A DNA stretch of 35,473 bases, from contig CANQYR010000001.1 in assembly GCA_947628125.1 (NCBI GenBank), positions 1 through 35,473 of the forward strand, written 5' to 3'. A program made the translations under genes and the position numbers. The notes under the pieces are model-generated. The model worked only from the letters and a program-made list of their open reading frames with translations, was not told the origin of the DNA and made no database searches. This document shows, piece after piece, positions 23,644-33,696 of this stretch (position 1 is the first letter of the stretch; each line of letters begins with the position of its first letter). Source of the DNA: an uncultured Bacilli bacterium (GTDB taxonomy: Bacteria; Bacillota_I; Bacilli_A; RF39; UBA660).

Positions 23644-26178
23644 CTTATCGACTAAATTCTTTAACTCATAAAGCACATTTAAAGCGTCTAAAGGTGTTAA
23701 ACGCAAAACATCAATAGCTTTTAACCGCTCATTTACCAAACTATCTTTTTCTTCCATAGGAAACTCCATCTCTAACTGCACAGAACTTGCCTTTTTACTT
23801 TTACTATTATTTTCATAATAAGACAAAGTCTTAGAAGCACTTACAATAATTTCCTCTGGTAACCCTGCTAACTTAGCCACATGAATACCATAACTTTTAT
23901 CAAGGGCTCCACTTTTAACCTTATGCAAAAAAATCAAATTTTTATTTTCCTCAATCGCACTTACATGCACATTCTTTATTGATGATATTTCTCTTTCAAT
24001 ACTAGTTAATTCATGATAATGCGTCGAAAAAAGCGTTTTACAACCAATCTTTTTCGTAACATACTCTAATATGGCCTTAGCTAAACTCATACCATCATAA
24101 GTTGCCGTACCACGACCAAGCTCATCAAACAAAATCAAAGAATTAACCGTCGCATTTAAAATAGCATTCTTACTTTCCTGCATCTCCACCATAAAAGTTG
24201 ACTGCCCACTAACTAAGTCATCACTTGCCCCAATCCTTGTAAAAATCTTATCAAAAATAGGTAAATTAGCTTCATCAGCCGGCACAAAAGAACCCATCTG
24301 AGCCATGATAATAATAATTGCTAACTGCCGCATATAAGTTGACTTACCACTCATATTAGGACCCGTAATCAAAAGCGTATTAATAGTATTATCCATTACA
24401 CAATCATTTTTAACATAATCACTATTACTAACCTTGCTAATAACAGGATGAAAACCATTTTTTATATCAATAATATGTTCATGATTAAGAACTGGTCTTA
24501 CTAAATGATACTCCTCAGCACAAGTTGCCAAAGAACAAAGAGCATCAACATTAGCTAAAATATGAGCCGTATCCTTTAAAGCTAATACTTCCTTTAATAT
24601 TTCCTTTTTAATATCCATAAACAACGAATACTCAAGCTCAATAATCTTTTCCTCAGCATTCAAAATCAAAGCTTCCTTTTCCTTTAACTCTGGTGATATA
24701 TAACGCTCACAATTAGTTAAAGTTTGCCTTCTTTCCCACCTTAAATCATCCGTAACCTTATCCTTTTGCCCATTACTAACCTCAATAAAATAGCCAAAAA
24801 CCTTATTATAACCAACCTTTAAATTACTAATATTGCTCTTCTTTTTTAAATCCTCTTCAAACCTAGCAATAAAATCCTTACCACCACTACGAATACTCTT
24901 TAACTCATCTAACTCACTATTATAACCATCCTTAATTAAATAGCCTTCTTTTAAAGTAACTGGTGGATTTTCATAAATCGCCGCATCTAATAAAGCAAAT
25001 AACTTCTCATGTGTATTTAACACTACCCCATAATTTACCTTCTTTAAAATATCACTAATCTCAGGCAAAACCTTTAAACTATTTTTTAACTGCAAAACAT
25101 CTCTAGCATTTAAAGACCCACAACTAGCCTTCCCACACAAACGCTCAATATCATAAACATTATATAATAAATCCCTTAACTTTTCTTTCAAAATAAACTC
25201 ATTATTAAAAACCTCAATCATGTCATAACGTTCATTAATTAACTTCTCATCCAAAAGCGGTTTCATTAACCACTCTTTAAGCATCCTTGCCCCCATCGCT
25301 GTCTTTGTCTTATCCAAAAGCCACAATAAAGAATACGTCCGATCCTTAAGCCTTAAAGTCGTAATTAACTCCAAATTTCTAACCGTATGAACATCAAGCG
25401 CTAAAAAATCATCTAAAATAACCACCTCAGCCTTTTCAAAATGACTTAAATTTTTTAACTCCTTAACAACCAAATAATAAAGAAGCATCTTAACCGATTC
25501 AATTTGATGCATATCACTTAAATGTTCATATAAATTAGTATATTCATTATCTAAACTCTTGTCACAAAAAGAAACCTCAATCCCATAAGTTCCCTTTAAC
25601 GTTTGCACTAAATTTAAATCACTATTATCTTTTAAAACGACCTCCAAAACCCCTAAATTTAAAATCGTTCCCATAAGCTTTTCCATTTGATGCAAAACAT
25701 TTACCACATATAGCTTACCAATTGAAATATCCGCATAACAAATAGCATACATATACTTATAATCAATAATACTTGCTATATAATGATTACTACTAGCATT
25801 TAAAAGCTCTAAATCAACAACCGTTCCCTTACTTATTACCTGAACCACACCTCTTTTAACCATCCCTTTTACACTTTTAGGATCCTCTAACTGCTCACAA
25901 ATAGCAATTTTATAACCCTTATTAACTAACTTCTCAATATAAGGCTTTACCGAATGAAAAGGCACACCACACATAGGAACTCGCTCACTTAAACCAGCAT
26001 TCTTTCCAGTTAAAGTTAACTCAAGCTCACGACTTGCTAAACAAGCATCCTCAAAAAAAAGCTCATAAAAATCACCAAGCCGATAAAAAAGTAACTCATC
26101 CTCATGCTCATCTTTTATTTCCATATACTGTTTCATCATTGGCGATAATAAATCAATATCTACTTCTTTTCTTTTCAT
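23638..26178 (-). CDS. mutS: DNA mismatch repair protein MutS
   Basis: 846 aa. It has the N-terminal mismatch-binding motif (..YRLGDFYELFFEDA..) and the Walker A motif GPNMSGKST, followed by STFMVEM and DELGRGT. Confidence 0.98.
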   Translation of the reverse strand: MKRKEVDIDLLSPMMKQYMEIKDEHEDELLFYRLGDFYELFFEDACLASRELELTLTGKNAGLSERVPMCGVPFHSVKPYIEKLVNKGYKIAICEQLEDPKSVKGMVKRGVVQVISKGTVVDLELLNASSNHYIASIIDYKYMYAICYADISIGKLYVVNVLHQMEKLMGTILNLGVLEVVLKDNSDLNLVQTLKGTYGIEVSFCDKSLDNEYTNLYEHLSDMHQIESVKMLLYYLVVKELKNLSHFEKAEVVILDDFLALDVHTVRNLELITTLRLKDRTYSLLWLLDKTKTAMGARMLKEWLMKPLLDEKLINERYDMIEVFNNEFILKEKLRDLLYNVYDIERLCGKASCGSLNARDVLQLKNSLKVLPEISDILKKVNYGVVLNTHEKLFALLDAAIYENPPVTLKEGYLIKDGYNSELDELKSIRSGGKDFIARFEEDLKKKSNISNLKVGYNKVFGYFIEVSNGQKDKVTDDLRWERRQTLTNCERYISPELKEKEALILNAEEKIIELEYSLFMDIKKEILKEVLALKDTAHILANVDALCSLATCAEEYHLVRPVLNHEHIIDIKNGFHPVISKVSNSDYVKNDCVMDNTINTLLITGPNMSGKSTYMRQLAIIIIMAQMGSFVPADEANLPIFDKIFTRIGASDDLVSGQSTFMVEMQESKNAILNATVNSLILFDELGRGTATYDGMSLAKAILEYVTKKIGCKTLFSTHYHELTSIEREISSIKNVHVSAIEENKNLIFLHKVKSGALDKSYGIHVAKLAGLPEEIIVSASKTLSYYENNSKSKKASSVQLEMEFPMEEKDSLVNERLKAIDVLRLTPLDALNVLYELKNLVDKS

Positions 26179-26209
26179 TACCTCACCGCTTTCCTAACGC
26201 ACTTAAAAT

Positions 26210-26218
26210 ATTATATCA
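26210..26218 (-). promoter_or_regulatory. Extended -10 element TGaTATAAT upstream of mutS
   Basis: The minus strand reads TGA TATAAT (TATAAT at 26215..26210). The -35 region is weak. Confidence 0.4.
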
Positions 26219-26230
26219 CAAAACAAACTT

Positions 26231-26270
26231 AAAAAATAAAAAACTGCTAGCAAAAAAATAACTAACAGTT
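26231..26270 (-). terminator. Intrinsic terminator after trmK
   Basis: The minus strand reads AACTGTTAG-(11-nt loop)-CTAGCAGTT, a 9-bp stem with 1 mismatch, followed by TTTTTTATTTTTT. Confidence 0.6.
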
Positions 26271-26898
26271 ACTTAGAAAGATAATCATCTAAAATTCTTA
26301 TCTTCTCTAAAACCTCTTCTTTATTAGGAACCAAAGGTAAAATCTTTCGCAAATCATTTAACTTATACTCATAATAAGCCTTGTTTTCTAAATTATACTT
26401 GCCAAATAATATCTCTTCTTTACTTAAAACTTCCTTGCCATAACTAAACTTCATAATAACATACCACTTTTTCTTCTCAAAAAGACATACTTCCTTAACA
26501 AGCTTAAAATTTTTCTGGTTAAGAAATAACCGCAGTTGATCATGAGCATTATTAGCCTGCAAAACTAAATTCTTAATATCTTTTAACTTATCCTCATTAC
26601 TTAAAATATGCTCGATCGTTTTCTCACCAACCCCAGCAATAACTAAAGTATCAAAGCCTTTTACATCCACATTATTTAAACCATCCGACAAATAAAGAGA
26701 AATATCATTTTCCATATGATGCATTAAAATATTCTTACGCGCTGAAGCTAAAGCCTTTAAATGAATATCACACCCCACAACCGAAATATTTCGCTGCCTA
26801 AGCAAAATTGGCACATAACCATGATCAGTTCCAACATCAATAACCTTCATATCAGAATCAATCAAGCTGACCAACGTTTTAATCCGCTTTGAATTCAT
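26269..26898 (-). CDS. trmK: tRNA (adenine22-N1)-methyltransferase TrmK
   Basis: 209 aa. SKRIKTLVSLID...VIDVGTDHGYVPILL matches the TrmK N-terminus. It lies directly downstream of sigA. Confidence 0.85.
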   Translation of the reverse strand: MNSKRIKTLVSLIDSDMKVIDVGTDHGYVPILLRQRNISVVGCDIHLKALASARKNILMHHMENDISLYLSDGLNNVDVKGFDTLVIAGVGEKTIEHILSNEDKLKDIKNLVLQANNAHDQLRLFLNQKNFKLVKEVCLFEKKKWYVIMKFSYGKEVLSKEEILFGKYNLENKAYYEYKLNDLRKILPLVPNKEEVLEKIRILDDYLSK

Positions 26899-28169
26899 TA
26901 ATCATTCAAAAAGTCCTTTAACTTCTTTGCCCTTGATGGATGCCTTAACTTCCTTAACGCCTTAGCCTCAATTTGCCTAATTCTTTCTCTTGTAACATTA
27001 AACTTCTTGCCAACCTCTTCCAAAGTATGACTAGTACCATCAATAAGCCCAAAACGAAGCTCCAAAACCTCTTGCTCCCTTTCCTGTAAAGTTCCAAGTA
27101 CCTCTTTAATCTCTTCCTTTAATATCTCATTAGTAGCGTACTCCTCAGGCGTCATACTATTTGGATCCTTAACAAAATCACCTAAATGTGAATCATCTTC
27201 CTCACCAATAGGCGTTTCCAAAGAAACTGGATCTTGACTAATCTTAATCACATCCCGAACCTTCTCAACCGAAATACCCATTTTCTTTGCAATCTCTTCC
27301 TCACTAGGCTCTCTATTAAGCTCCAAAGTAAGCTGCCTTTGAATACGTGCCATCTTATTAATTGTCTCAACCATATGCACTGGCACCCTGATAGTTCTTG
27401 CCTGATCAGCCAAAGCCCTTGTAATTGCTTGCCTTATCCACCAAGTTGCATAAGTAGAAAACTTATAACCCTTATCATAATCAAATTTATCAACTGCCTT
27501 CATAAGGCCAATATTACCCTCTTGAATTAAATCTAAAAACAATAAACCTCGCCCAACATACCTTTTAGCAATTGAAACAACAAGCCTTAAATTAGACTCT
27601 GCTAACCGATTTTTAGCCTCTTCATCACCACTGGCAACTCTTATAGATAAATCCATCTCCTCCTCAGAAGACAATAAAGAAATACGCCCAATTTCCTTTA
27701 AATACATCCTTACTGGATCATTAATATTAATATCCTTCGTTATTTCAGCATCATCTAAAATAATATCACTAACATCACTTTCCGTATCATCATCTTCACC
27801 AACAATTTCAATTTTATTTAAAACTAACTCATTATATAAAATATCTAATGAATCATTATCAACCTCAAGACCTTTTAAAGAACTAGCTAATTGCTCATAA
27901 GTAATCTTTCCATTAGCCTTGCCAATTTTTATAAGCTCATTTTTTCGTTCCTCAAAAGACTTAATCTCATTAACCATATTGACCTTCTTTAATGGAGCTT
28001 CTTCTAAAATATCAATTCCCTCATCCTCTAAGAAAGTTTTAAACTCTAAAGCTTCCTCCTTAGAAACCTTACACTCCTTCAAAACCTCGGAAACTTCTGA
28101 AACCAATAAATAACCCTCTAACTTACCTTTTTTAACTAACTCTTCCTTCTTCATTTCATACTTTGTCAT
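26898..28169 (-). CDS. sigA: RNA polymerase primary sigma factor SigA/RpoD
   Basis: 423 aa. Region 2 (..[40 protein letters not shown]..), region 3 and region 4 (..[30 protein letters not shown]..) are all present. Confidence 0.98.
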   Translation of the reverse strand: MTKYEMKKEELVKKGKLEGYLLVSEVSEVLKECKVSKEEALEFKTFLEDEGIDILEEAPLKKVNMVNEIKSFEERKNELIKIGKANGKITYEQLASSLKGLEVDNDSLDILYNELVLNKIEIVGEDDDTESDVSDIILDDAEITKDININDPVRMYLKEIGRISLLSSEEEMDLSIRVASGDEEAKNRLAESNLRLVVSIAKRYVGRGLLFLDLIQEGNIGLMKAVDKFDYDKGYKFSTYATWWIRQAITRALADQARTIRVPVHMVETINKMARIQRQLTLELNREPSEEEIAKKMGISVEKVRDVIKISQDPVSLETPIGEEDDSHLGDFVKDPNSMTPEEYATNEILKEEIKEVLGTLQEREQEVLELRFGLIDGTSHTLEEVGKKFNVTRERIRQIEAKALRKLRHPSRAKKLKDFLND

Positions 28170-29890
28170 TAAAAATCACTTCTTTCCTTTTTTATTTCTT
28201 CTTTTTCCTTCTTAAGATCAATAACCTTACTAGCTAACTCATTTTTTTCATTCTCATCCATTGACTCCTTTTGCTTCTTCTTTAAATCAGTAATTTCCTC
28301 ATCAATCATAATTAGCCGAATATTTTTTAAATACTCATCCATTGTATTATCACTCACATCTTCTTTTTTTATACTTTTTAATAACTCTAAAATATCATCT
28401 TTGATAGGTGAAACCTCTACATAACTTAAAAAATCAGCTAAATTAATCATTCGGTGTTTTTCGTAATAGTATAAAACTTCACTCGCAATTTGTCGATACT
28501 TTTTTTCATTAAAATAACCTAACTTACTTTGAAACTTCTTGATGTATTTTTCATCATTCATCATATAATAAAGAATCATCGAAGCACATAAATCATACCT
28601 ACTTTTTCGCACCTTCTTTGAAACATCATTTATAGGTACGAAAACATTTTCTTTAGGCTTTACCATACTTTTAAGTAAATCATACGAAACATCATAATCA
28701 CTAGCCAGCCTTTTTAAAATAACCTCTGATTCCAAAGCATCACTACCATCAATTGTCTTTAATACCTCTTTTAAATATAAAATCAAATCCTTATAATCAG
28801 ATAAATTATAACTTTCCTTCAAATAATTTAACTTAAAATCTAAAAAAGAAACATCATGCTTTAAAGCCTCCTCCATCTTCAAAGGCCCAAATTTAACTAA
28901 ATATTCATCCGGATCCTTAGCCAAAGATAACCTAACAACCCGAACATTTACACCTTCCTTTTCCAGTAAAAGACCATTTTGATAAGTATTAACCTTACCA
29001 GCATCATCATTATCTAATAACAAAACAACCGGCACCCGAAGTTTCTTTAATAAATCAATATGATTACTAGTTAAAGCCGTTCCCATAAGCGCGATGGTAT
29101 TTAAAAAACCACAAGCACTCATCCTAATTGCATCCATATTCCCCTCAACAATAATAATCTTCTTATTTTTCTTTGCATAATCTTTTGCATTATGATAATT
29201 ATATAAAACATTACCCTTCCTAAAAATAGCCGTTTCCTTACTATTTAAATACTTAGGAATACCATCTTTTAATAAAGTTCTACCAATAAACGCGACTACA
29301 TCTCCTAAAGGATTAAAAATAGGAAAAATTATCCGATTTTGAAAAACATCACCACCATCTTCCTTAGTTAAACCTAAACTCTCTAACATAGAAGTATTAC
29401 TTTTCAACGCTTTCGTTAAATTATTACCCTTAAAAGCAAAACCTAAATGAAACATCTTAATAATATCCTTATCAATACTTCGGGAATTTAAATAGCTTCG
29501 AGCCTCCAAAGCTTCCTTAGAATTTAAATTATTCTGATAATAAGTCATACATAAATTCATTAACTTATGTTCCTTTTCAAAAGCATCTTTCCTTTTATCA
29601 GAATCATAACTAAAACTTAAACCAACTTTTGAAGCAACAATCTTAACTGCTTCTAAAAAAGATACATTCTCATACTCTTTAACAAAATTAAAAACATTAC
29701 CACCCGCCCCACAAGAAAAGCACCGATAAAGCTGTTTTTCCTTACTAACACTCATCGAAGGCGAATGATCATCATGAAAAGGACACACCCCAAAATAATT
29801 ACGTCCCTTTAAAGTAAGAGGTATATAGCCACTTATTACTTGCACTATATCAGCATTAGCTCTTATTTCATCGATCTTATTTTGATGCAT
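28169..29890 (-). CDS. dnaG: DNA primase DnaG
   Basis: 573 aa. It has the zinc finger [29 protein letters not shown] and a TOPRIM segment ([16 protein letters not shown]). Confidence 0.97.
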   Translation of the reverse strand: MHQNKIDEIRANADIVQVISGYIPLTLKGRNYFGVCPFHDDHSPSMSVSKEKQLYRCFSCGAGGNVFNFVKEYENVSFLEAVKIVASKVGLSFSYDSDKRKDAFEKEHKLMNLCMTYYQNNLNSKEALEARSYLNSRSIDKDIIKMFHLGFAFKGNNLTKALKSNTSMLESLGLTKEDGGDVFQNRIIFPIFNPLGDVVAFIGRTLLKDGIPKYLNSKETAIFRKGNVLYNYHNAKDYAKKNKKIIIVEGNMDAIRMSACGFLNTIALMGTALTSNHIDLLKKLRVPVVLLLDNDDAGKVNTYQNGLLLEKEGVNVRVVRLSLAKDPDEYLVKFGPLKMEEALKHDVSFLDFKLNYLKESYNLSDYKDLILYLKEVLKTIDGSDALESEVILKRLASDYDVSYDLLKSMVKPKENVFVPINDVSKKVRKSRYDLCASMILYYMMNDEKYIKKFQSKLGYFNEKKYRQIASEVLYYYEKHRMINLADFLSYVEVSPIKDDILELLKSIKKEDVSDNTMDEYLKNIRLIMIDEEITDLKKKQKESMDENEKNELASKVIDLKKEKEEIKKERSDF

Positions 29891-29954
29891 GAACTTTCAC
29901 CTCATAACTATATATATTACCAAAGACACCTTCATTTCCTTTTTTTTTCATAAA

Positions 29955-29985
29955 AAAAATGCAAAAAATTGCACTTTTTTAACAT
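29955..29985 (-). terminator. Weak intrinsic terminator after the sortase gene
   Basis: The minus strand reads GTGCAA-tttt-TTGCAT, a 6-bp stem including G-U, followed by a T8 run. Confidence 0.4.
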
Positions 29986-29999
29986 TTTTGACATAAATT

Positions 30000-30470
30000 T
30001 TACACTTTTTTACCAATAAAATAAACTTGTTTATTAGAAACCTTTTTACTACAAGTAAGCAAAATGACATCACTAGAAGAAACATTACTTAAACTTAATA
30101 TTCCATCTTTTTCCTTATAAAAAATATCTTTAATTACATACCTATTAGAAAACCCAGCACTTAAAATAAAAAACTCATCATTAATACTTAACTTTTCCAA
30201 ATGCTTAAAATAAGAATGAATACCATCACCTGAATGACTTGCCAAAACCAAAGGTGCATCATCTTTCCTATCTAAAACCATTATCCCATAATTTAAATCA
30301 TTATAAGGATCCATAGTGTCATAAAAAGGTTCCTTAAAACTTATCTTGGGAATCATAAGTACATTACTATTAAAACTATAAGCATGTAAAAGATCATTCT
30401 TAGCTAAATGATAAGCCTTAGAAAATAAACAGCAAACAATCAAACTAAACAAACAAAAATTTCTTAACAT
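30000..30470 (-). CDS. Sortase-family transpeptidase (small, class D-like)
   Basis: N-terminal anchor, a His motif (LVLASHSG) and a Cys motif (VILLTCS, of TLxTC type). The start is uncertain: ATG at 30470 or TTG at 30494. It overlaps the 3' end of its putative substrate gene. Confidence 0.7.
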   Translation of the reverse strand: MLRNFCLFSLIVCCLFSKAYHLAKNDLLHAYSFNSNVLMIPKISFKEPFYDTMDPYNDLNYGIMVLDRKDDAPLVLASHSGDGIHSYFKHLEKLSINDEFFILSAGFSNRYVIKDIFYKEKDGILSLSNVSSSDVILLTCSKKVSNKQVYFIGKKV

Positions 30471-32436
30471 AACAAATGAAAACTCCGGCAACAATAATGC
30501 ACATCAAACTAACATTTTCAGCTGTATTAGGCACATTTTCATAAACATAATTATCTAACATATCCGCACTTATTACCTCATCATCAAATTTACCATCATA
30601 AATTAAAACTACATCATTAAAAGGCACCTGATACATATCCGTTAAATCATAATAAATTGTCCCATCACTATCAATTGCATAAATACGCTCATAATCCGTA
30701 TAAAAAGGAATAGGAATAATTGATCCAGGTGTATAATAATCTGTAGGCGCTAAAAGATGACCATAACTATCCTTATAAGAAACCGAAAACTTTAAAACCT
30801 CATCTTTCGTACAAATATCAGAACTATAAATATAAATATCAGCCATTGGCATTAATAGTTCATTAGACGTTAAATCATAAACCTTACCATCCAAAGTCTT
30901 AGCCAATAAACCGCAATTACTATTGTTTTTTATCTTAACAACATCACCCCAAATTGCCGTTTTATCTACATCAATAGGCAAATCATCAAAAACATAAATA
31001 TTATAGCTTTTCTTCTTAACTAAAACATCCACAAAAACATCACTTTTAGGCATATTAAACTTCATATCCTTACAATCAATATTATTACCATCTTTATCTT
31101 TTACAACAATACTATCTAACTCGTAGCCTAAAACTTCTTTAAAATCTAAAGAAACCTCGCTATCCCAAACATAAGAGGAAGAAGTCAAAACCATATCCAC
31201 ATCTTGCTTTATAAAAACATTATAAGCTTTCTTTTCTAAAACAGCTTCTATTACAACATCATCATCTAACATAACAAAGCTATTACCACTAAAATCAATT
31301 GATACACCATTTAACAAAACATCCTTTAAAGCATAACCATCTAAAACATCAACTGTAAATGATATAACATCACCTTGCATTGCTTTATCTTGAACACTTA
31401 TCTTTGCCCCTAAAGTATCCAAAGCCTTAATATTATAATATTTTCTTTTAACATTAACTATTACTTGAACATTACTATCCGGCATAATAAAACTATCATC
31501 TTTAAGTTCAACCTCATCTTTATCTTCTTTTAAAACATGCACATCTTCTAACTCATAATCATCAAAAACTTGCAAATTAAACTTAACCACATCACCTTTC
31601 AAAGCATAATTAGCTACATCAATACTATAACCATCTTTATTTTCAGAAGAAATATCATAAATAGGTGGAATAACCTTAAAATCAAAAGTTGTATTCGCTA
31701 CTCTTGGTTTTGTAACTAACCAATAATTAGACTTTAAAATACTACTAGAAATATAATATACCCCATCTTCACTATCTTCTTTCACATCCAACTTAACTTG
31801 ATATTCCCCAACATTTAAACCCTTAACCTTAAAACCACTTTCCGTTTGCTCACCAATCATATTAGGATACAAACTAAAAACATCTTCAAAACGCATCTCA
31901 TCATAAGAAACTCTTAACTCTTTATCAATATTGGTCCACTTATCTTGCTTAACCGTATAATAAAGAGTTTTTTCTTTGGTCATTTTCTTGCCATCTTCTA
32001 ATAGCTTATTAGCCATCTCATGATACTTAGAAACATCAAAATTAAACTGCAAATTATCCTTATTACGACGAGCAAAATCCTCATAAATATATATTTGCAT
32101 CGCCGCCCTTAACTCAGCATTTGAATCACTTACCGCTTCTCCATTTGTCGTTAAATAAAGAGCATTATTAACTACCCCATCCCAATTAAACATTCTAACT
32201 TCCTTAGAATAGCCTTCACCATCTATAAAGTTTTGATTACCATGTTCTTGAAACAAAGGCAATTTACTATCATCATCATAAAAAAGATTAAATTGATAAA
32301 CCTTACCATTATTAGTATACGTATAATCTTTATACTGAACACTTTTAATATTAAACTCACTGGCCTTAACATCTAAAGCCAAGAAAAAGATGCCTAAAAA
32401 CACTAATAACCCCTTAGTTATTTTCTTTAAATTCAT
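30445..32436 (-). CDS. Cell-surface protein with about four tandem ~70-aa beta-rich repeats and a C-terminal sorting signal (VPNTA + TM helix + KK)
   Basis: It has a signal peptide (MNLKKITKGLLVFLGIFFLALDVKA) and repeats of the form Y-x-I...GD-V-x-F...GY/DY-x-L..V...F-x-MP..dV.v.v..K.YNI. The C-terminus is YENVPNTAENVSLMCIIVAGVFICYVKKFLFV. I prefer the ATG at 32436 (RBS GGAAGGAG) to the TTG at 32451. Confidence 0.8.
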   Translation of the reverse strand: MNLKKITKGLLVFLGIFFLALDVKASEFNIKSVQYKDYTYTNNGKVYQFNLFYDDDSKLPLFQEHGNQNFIDGEGYSKEVRMFNWDGVVNNALYLTTNGEAVSDSNAELRAAMQIYIYEDFARRNKDNLQFNFDVSKYHEMANKLLEDGKKMTKEKTLYYTVKQDKWTNIDKELRVSYDEMRFEDVFSLYPNMIGEQTESGFKVKGLNVGEYQVKLDVKEDSEDGVYYISSSILKSNYWLVTKPRVANTTFDFKVIPPIYDISSENKDGYSIDVANYALKGDVVKFNLQVFDDYELEDVHVLKEDKDEVELKDDSFIMPDSNVQVIVNVKRKYYNIKALDTLGAKISVQDKAMQGDVISFTVDVLDGYALKDVLLNGVSIDFSGNSFVMLDDDVVIEAVLEKKAYNVFIKQDVDMVLTSSSYVWDSEVSLDFKEVLGYELDSIVVKDKDGNNIDCKDMKFNMPKSDVFVDVLVKKKSYNIYVFDDLPIDVDKTAIWGDVVKIKNNSNCGLLAKTLDGKVYDLTSNELLMPMADIYIYSSDICTKDEVLKFSVSYKDSYGHLLAPTDYYTPGSIIPIPFYTDYERIYAIDSDGTIYYDLTDMYQVPFNDVVLIYDGKFDDEVISADMLDNYVYENVPNTAENVSLMCIIVAGVFICYVKKFLFV

Positions 32437-32479
32437 ATTAACTCCTTCCAAAGGGAGCCATGTCTTTTAAGCAATTAAT

Positions 32480-32507
32480 ATTATAATTTTTTTTCTTTAA
32501 TTTGCAA
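32480..32507 (-). promoter_or_regulatory. Sigma-A type promoter for the surface protein/sortase operon: TTGCAA-16-TATAAT
   Basis: Indexed: TTGCAA at 32507..32502, a 16-nt spacer, and TATAAT at 32485..32480. Confidence 0.6.
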
Positions 32508-32536
32508 TCAACTTCGTTTTTTTCGACAAAACTTTC

Positions 32537-32764
32537 CTACCGAATACTAATTCTTCCATGAAACTTATCATAATATTCATCCTTAAACTGTTTTAAATAA
32601 TACCTATTTAAAGCCTTTTTAGTCCTGTTTAAAATCACAATATGATCAATATCATAATCCGAAACAATCTTAAATATTTTATTTTTCAAAAACGATAAAT
32701 TTCCTTCATCTAATAAAGTATCAATATCAACATATAACGTTTCATTTTGATAATATAATTCCAT
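32537..32764 (-). CDS. Small hypothetical protein, loosely resembling the N-terminal half of a STAS/anti-sigma antagonist fold
   Basis: 75 aa. The RBS GGTGA lies 4 nt upstream of the ATG. ..TLYVDIDTLLDEGNLSFLKNKIFKIVSDYDIDHIVILN.. parallels the SpoIIAA-like beta-alpha pattern but lacks the phospho-Ser segment. Confidence 0.45.
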   Translation of the reverse strand: MELYYQNETLYVDIDTLLDEGNLSFLKNKIFKIVSDYDIDHIVILNRTKKALNRYYLKQFKDEYYDKFHGRISIR

Positions 32765-32850
32765 AATATCACCAGCAAAAGCATATCAAGAAAATCAAAA
32801 AACCTAAAGACAATCGACAAAATAAGCTAAAAAAAAATTAAGAATTACTC

Positions 32851-33042
32851 TTAATCTCTTCTATGCTTCCTAGCATTTTTAATCATTTCTTTTTTCGCGT
32901 TTCTTTTCTTCACGCCAGGTTTTTCATAATGTTTCCTTTTTTTAAGTTCAGAAGGGACACCACTTTTAGCAAATTTCACCTTAAATTTTCTTAATGCGTT
33001 GTCAATATTTCCGTCTTTAACATAGACCTTATTTGAATTCAT
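32851..33042 (-). CDS. rpsU: 30S ribosomal protein S21
   Basis: 63 aa. ..NIDNALRKFKVKFAKSGVPSELKKRKHYEKPGVKKR.. matches S21. Confidence 0.95.
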   Translation of the reverse strand: MNSNKVYVKDGNIDNALRKFKVKFAKSGVPSELKKRKHYEKPGVKKRNAKKEMIKNARKHRRD

Positions 33043-33077
33043 CTTTAATCCCTCCCTTCCTTTGGTTTCTAAAAAAG

Positions 33078-33106
33078 ATTATAGCACTAGTTTTTCATTA
33101 TAACAA
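33078..33106 (-). promoter_or_regulatory. Promoter for rpsU: TTGTTA-17-(TGc)TATAAT
   Basis: Indexed: TTGTTA at 33106..33101, a 17-nt spacer ending in TGC, and TATAAT at 33083..33078. Confidence 0.6.
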
Positions 33107-33132
33107 GCCTAAATTACCATTAAAATACGCAA

Positions 33133-33160
33133 AAATAGACAAATTTTACCTTGTCTATTT
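33133..33160 (-). terminator. Intrinsic terminator of the infC-rpmI-rplT operon
   Basis: A perfect 10-bp stem AAATAGACAA/TTGTCTATTT with an 8-nt loop. The 5' arm on the minus strand includes the rplT stop codon. The U-rich tail is TTTTT. Confidence 0.7.
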
Positions 33161-33682
33161 TAAAGCTTCTAACAATTCGGCCTTCTTCATAGAAGAAAAA
33201 CCTTTCACGCCTTTTTCTTTAGCAGCAGCTTTTAACTCAGCTAATGTCATCTTTTCATACTTATTATCAGTAGCTTTTTCCTTAGTAGTTTCAACTTTAA
33301 CTTCTTCCTTAACAACTTTCTTGCCATTTTTTAAAGCATCTTTACTAACATTAACTAATTCTTTAAATGCTTCTTTATTATCAATAGCAATAGAAGCAAG
33401 CATCTTTCTATTAACTGTTACACCAGCAATATTTAAACCATTAATGAATTTTGAATAACTGATGTCATTTTCCCGACAAGCTGCATTAATACGTGTAATC
33501 CAAAGTTTTCTAAAATCTCTTTTCTTTCTTCTTCTATCACGATAAGCATAAGCCCCACTATGGAAAACTTGTTCCTGAGCTGTTTTATATAAACGATGCT
33601 TAGAACCAAAATAACCCTTAGCTTGCTTTAAAACTTTTCTACGACATGTCTTTGAGACACTTCCACCTTTAACTCTTGCCAT
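33155..33682 (-). CDS. rplT: 50S ribosomal protein L20 with a ~58-aa C-terminal extension
   Basis: The L20 core is [26 protein letters not shown]...[23 protein letters not shown]... The extension is a K/E-rich linker plus [31 protein letters not shown]. Confidence 0.95.
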   Translation of the reverse strand: MARVKGGSVSKTCRRKVLKQAKGYFGSKHRLYKTAQEQVFHSGAYAYRDRRRKKRDFRKLWITRINAACRENDISYSKFINGLNIAGVTVNRKMLASIAIDNKEAFKELVNVSKDALKNGKKVVKEEVKVETTKEKATDNKYEKMTLAELKAAAKEKGVKGFSSMKKAELLEALK

Positions 33683-33696
33683 ATTATCACCACCTA

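Noticed and set aside
23319-26178. mutS is not followed by mutL
   Set aside because: The mutS-mutL linkage is broken here: mutS is followed by a convergent small gene and a prepilin peptidase. Gene-order variation of this kind is common, and mutL may simply lie elsewhere.
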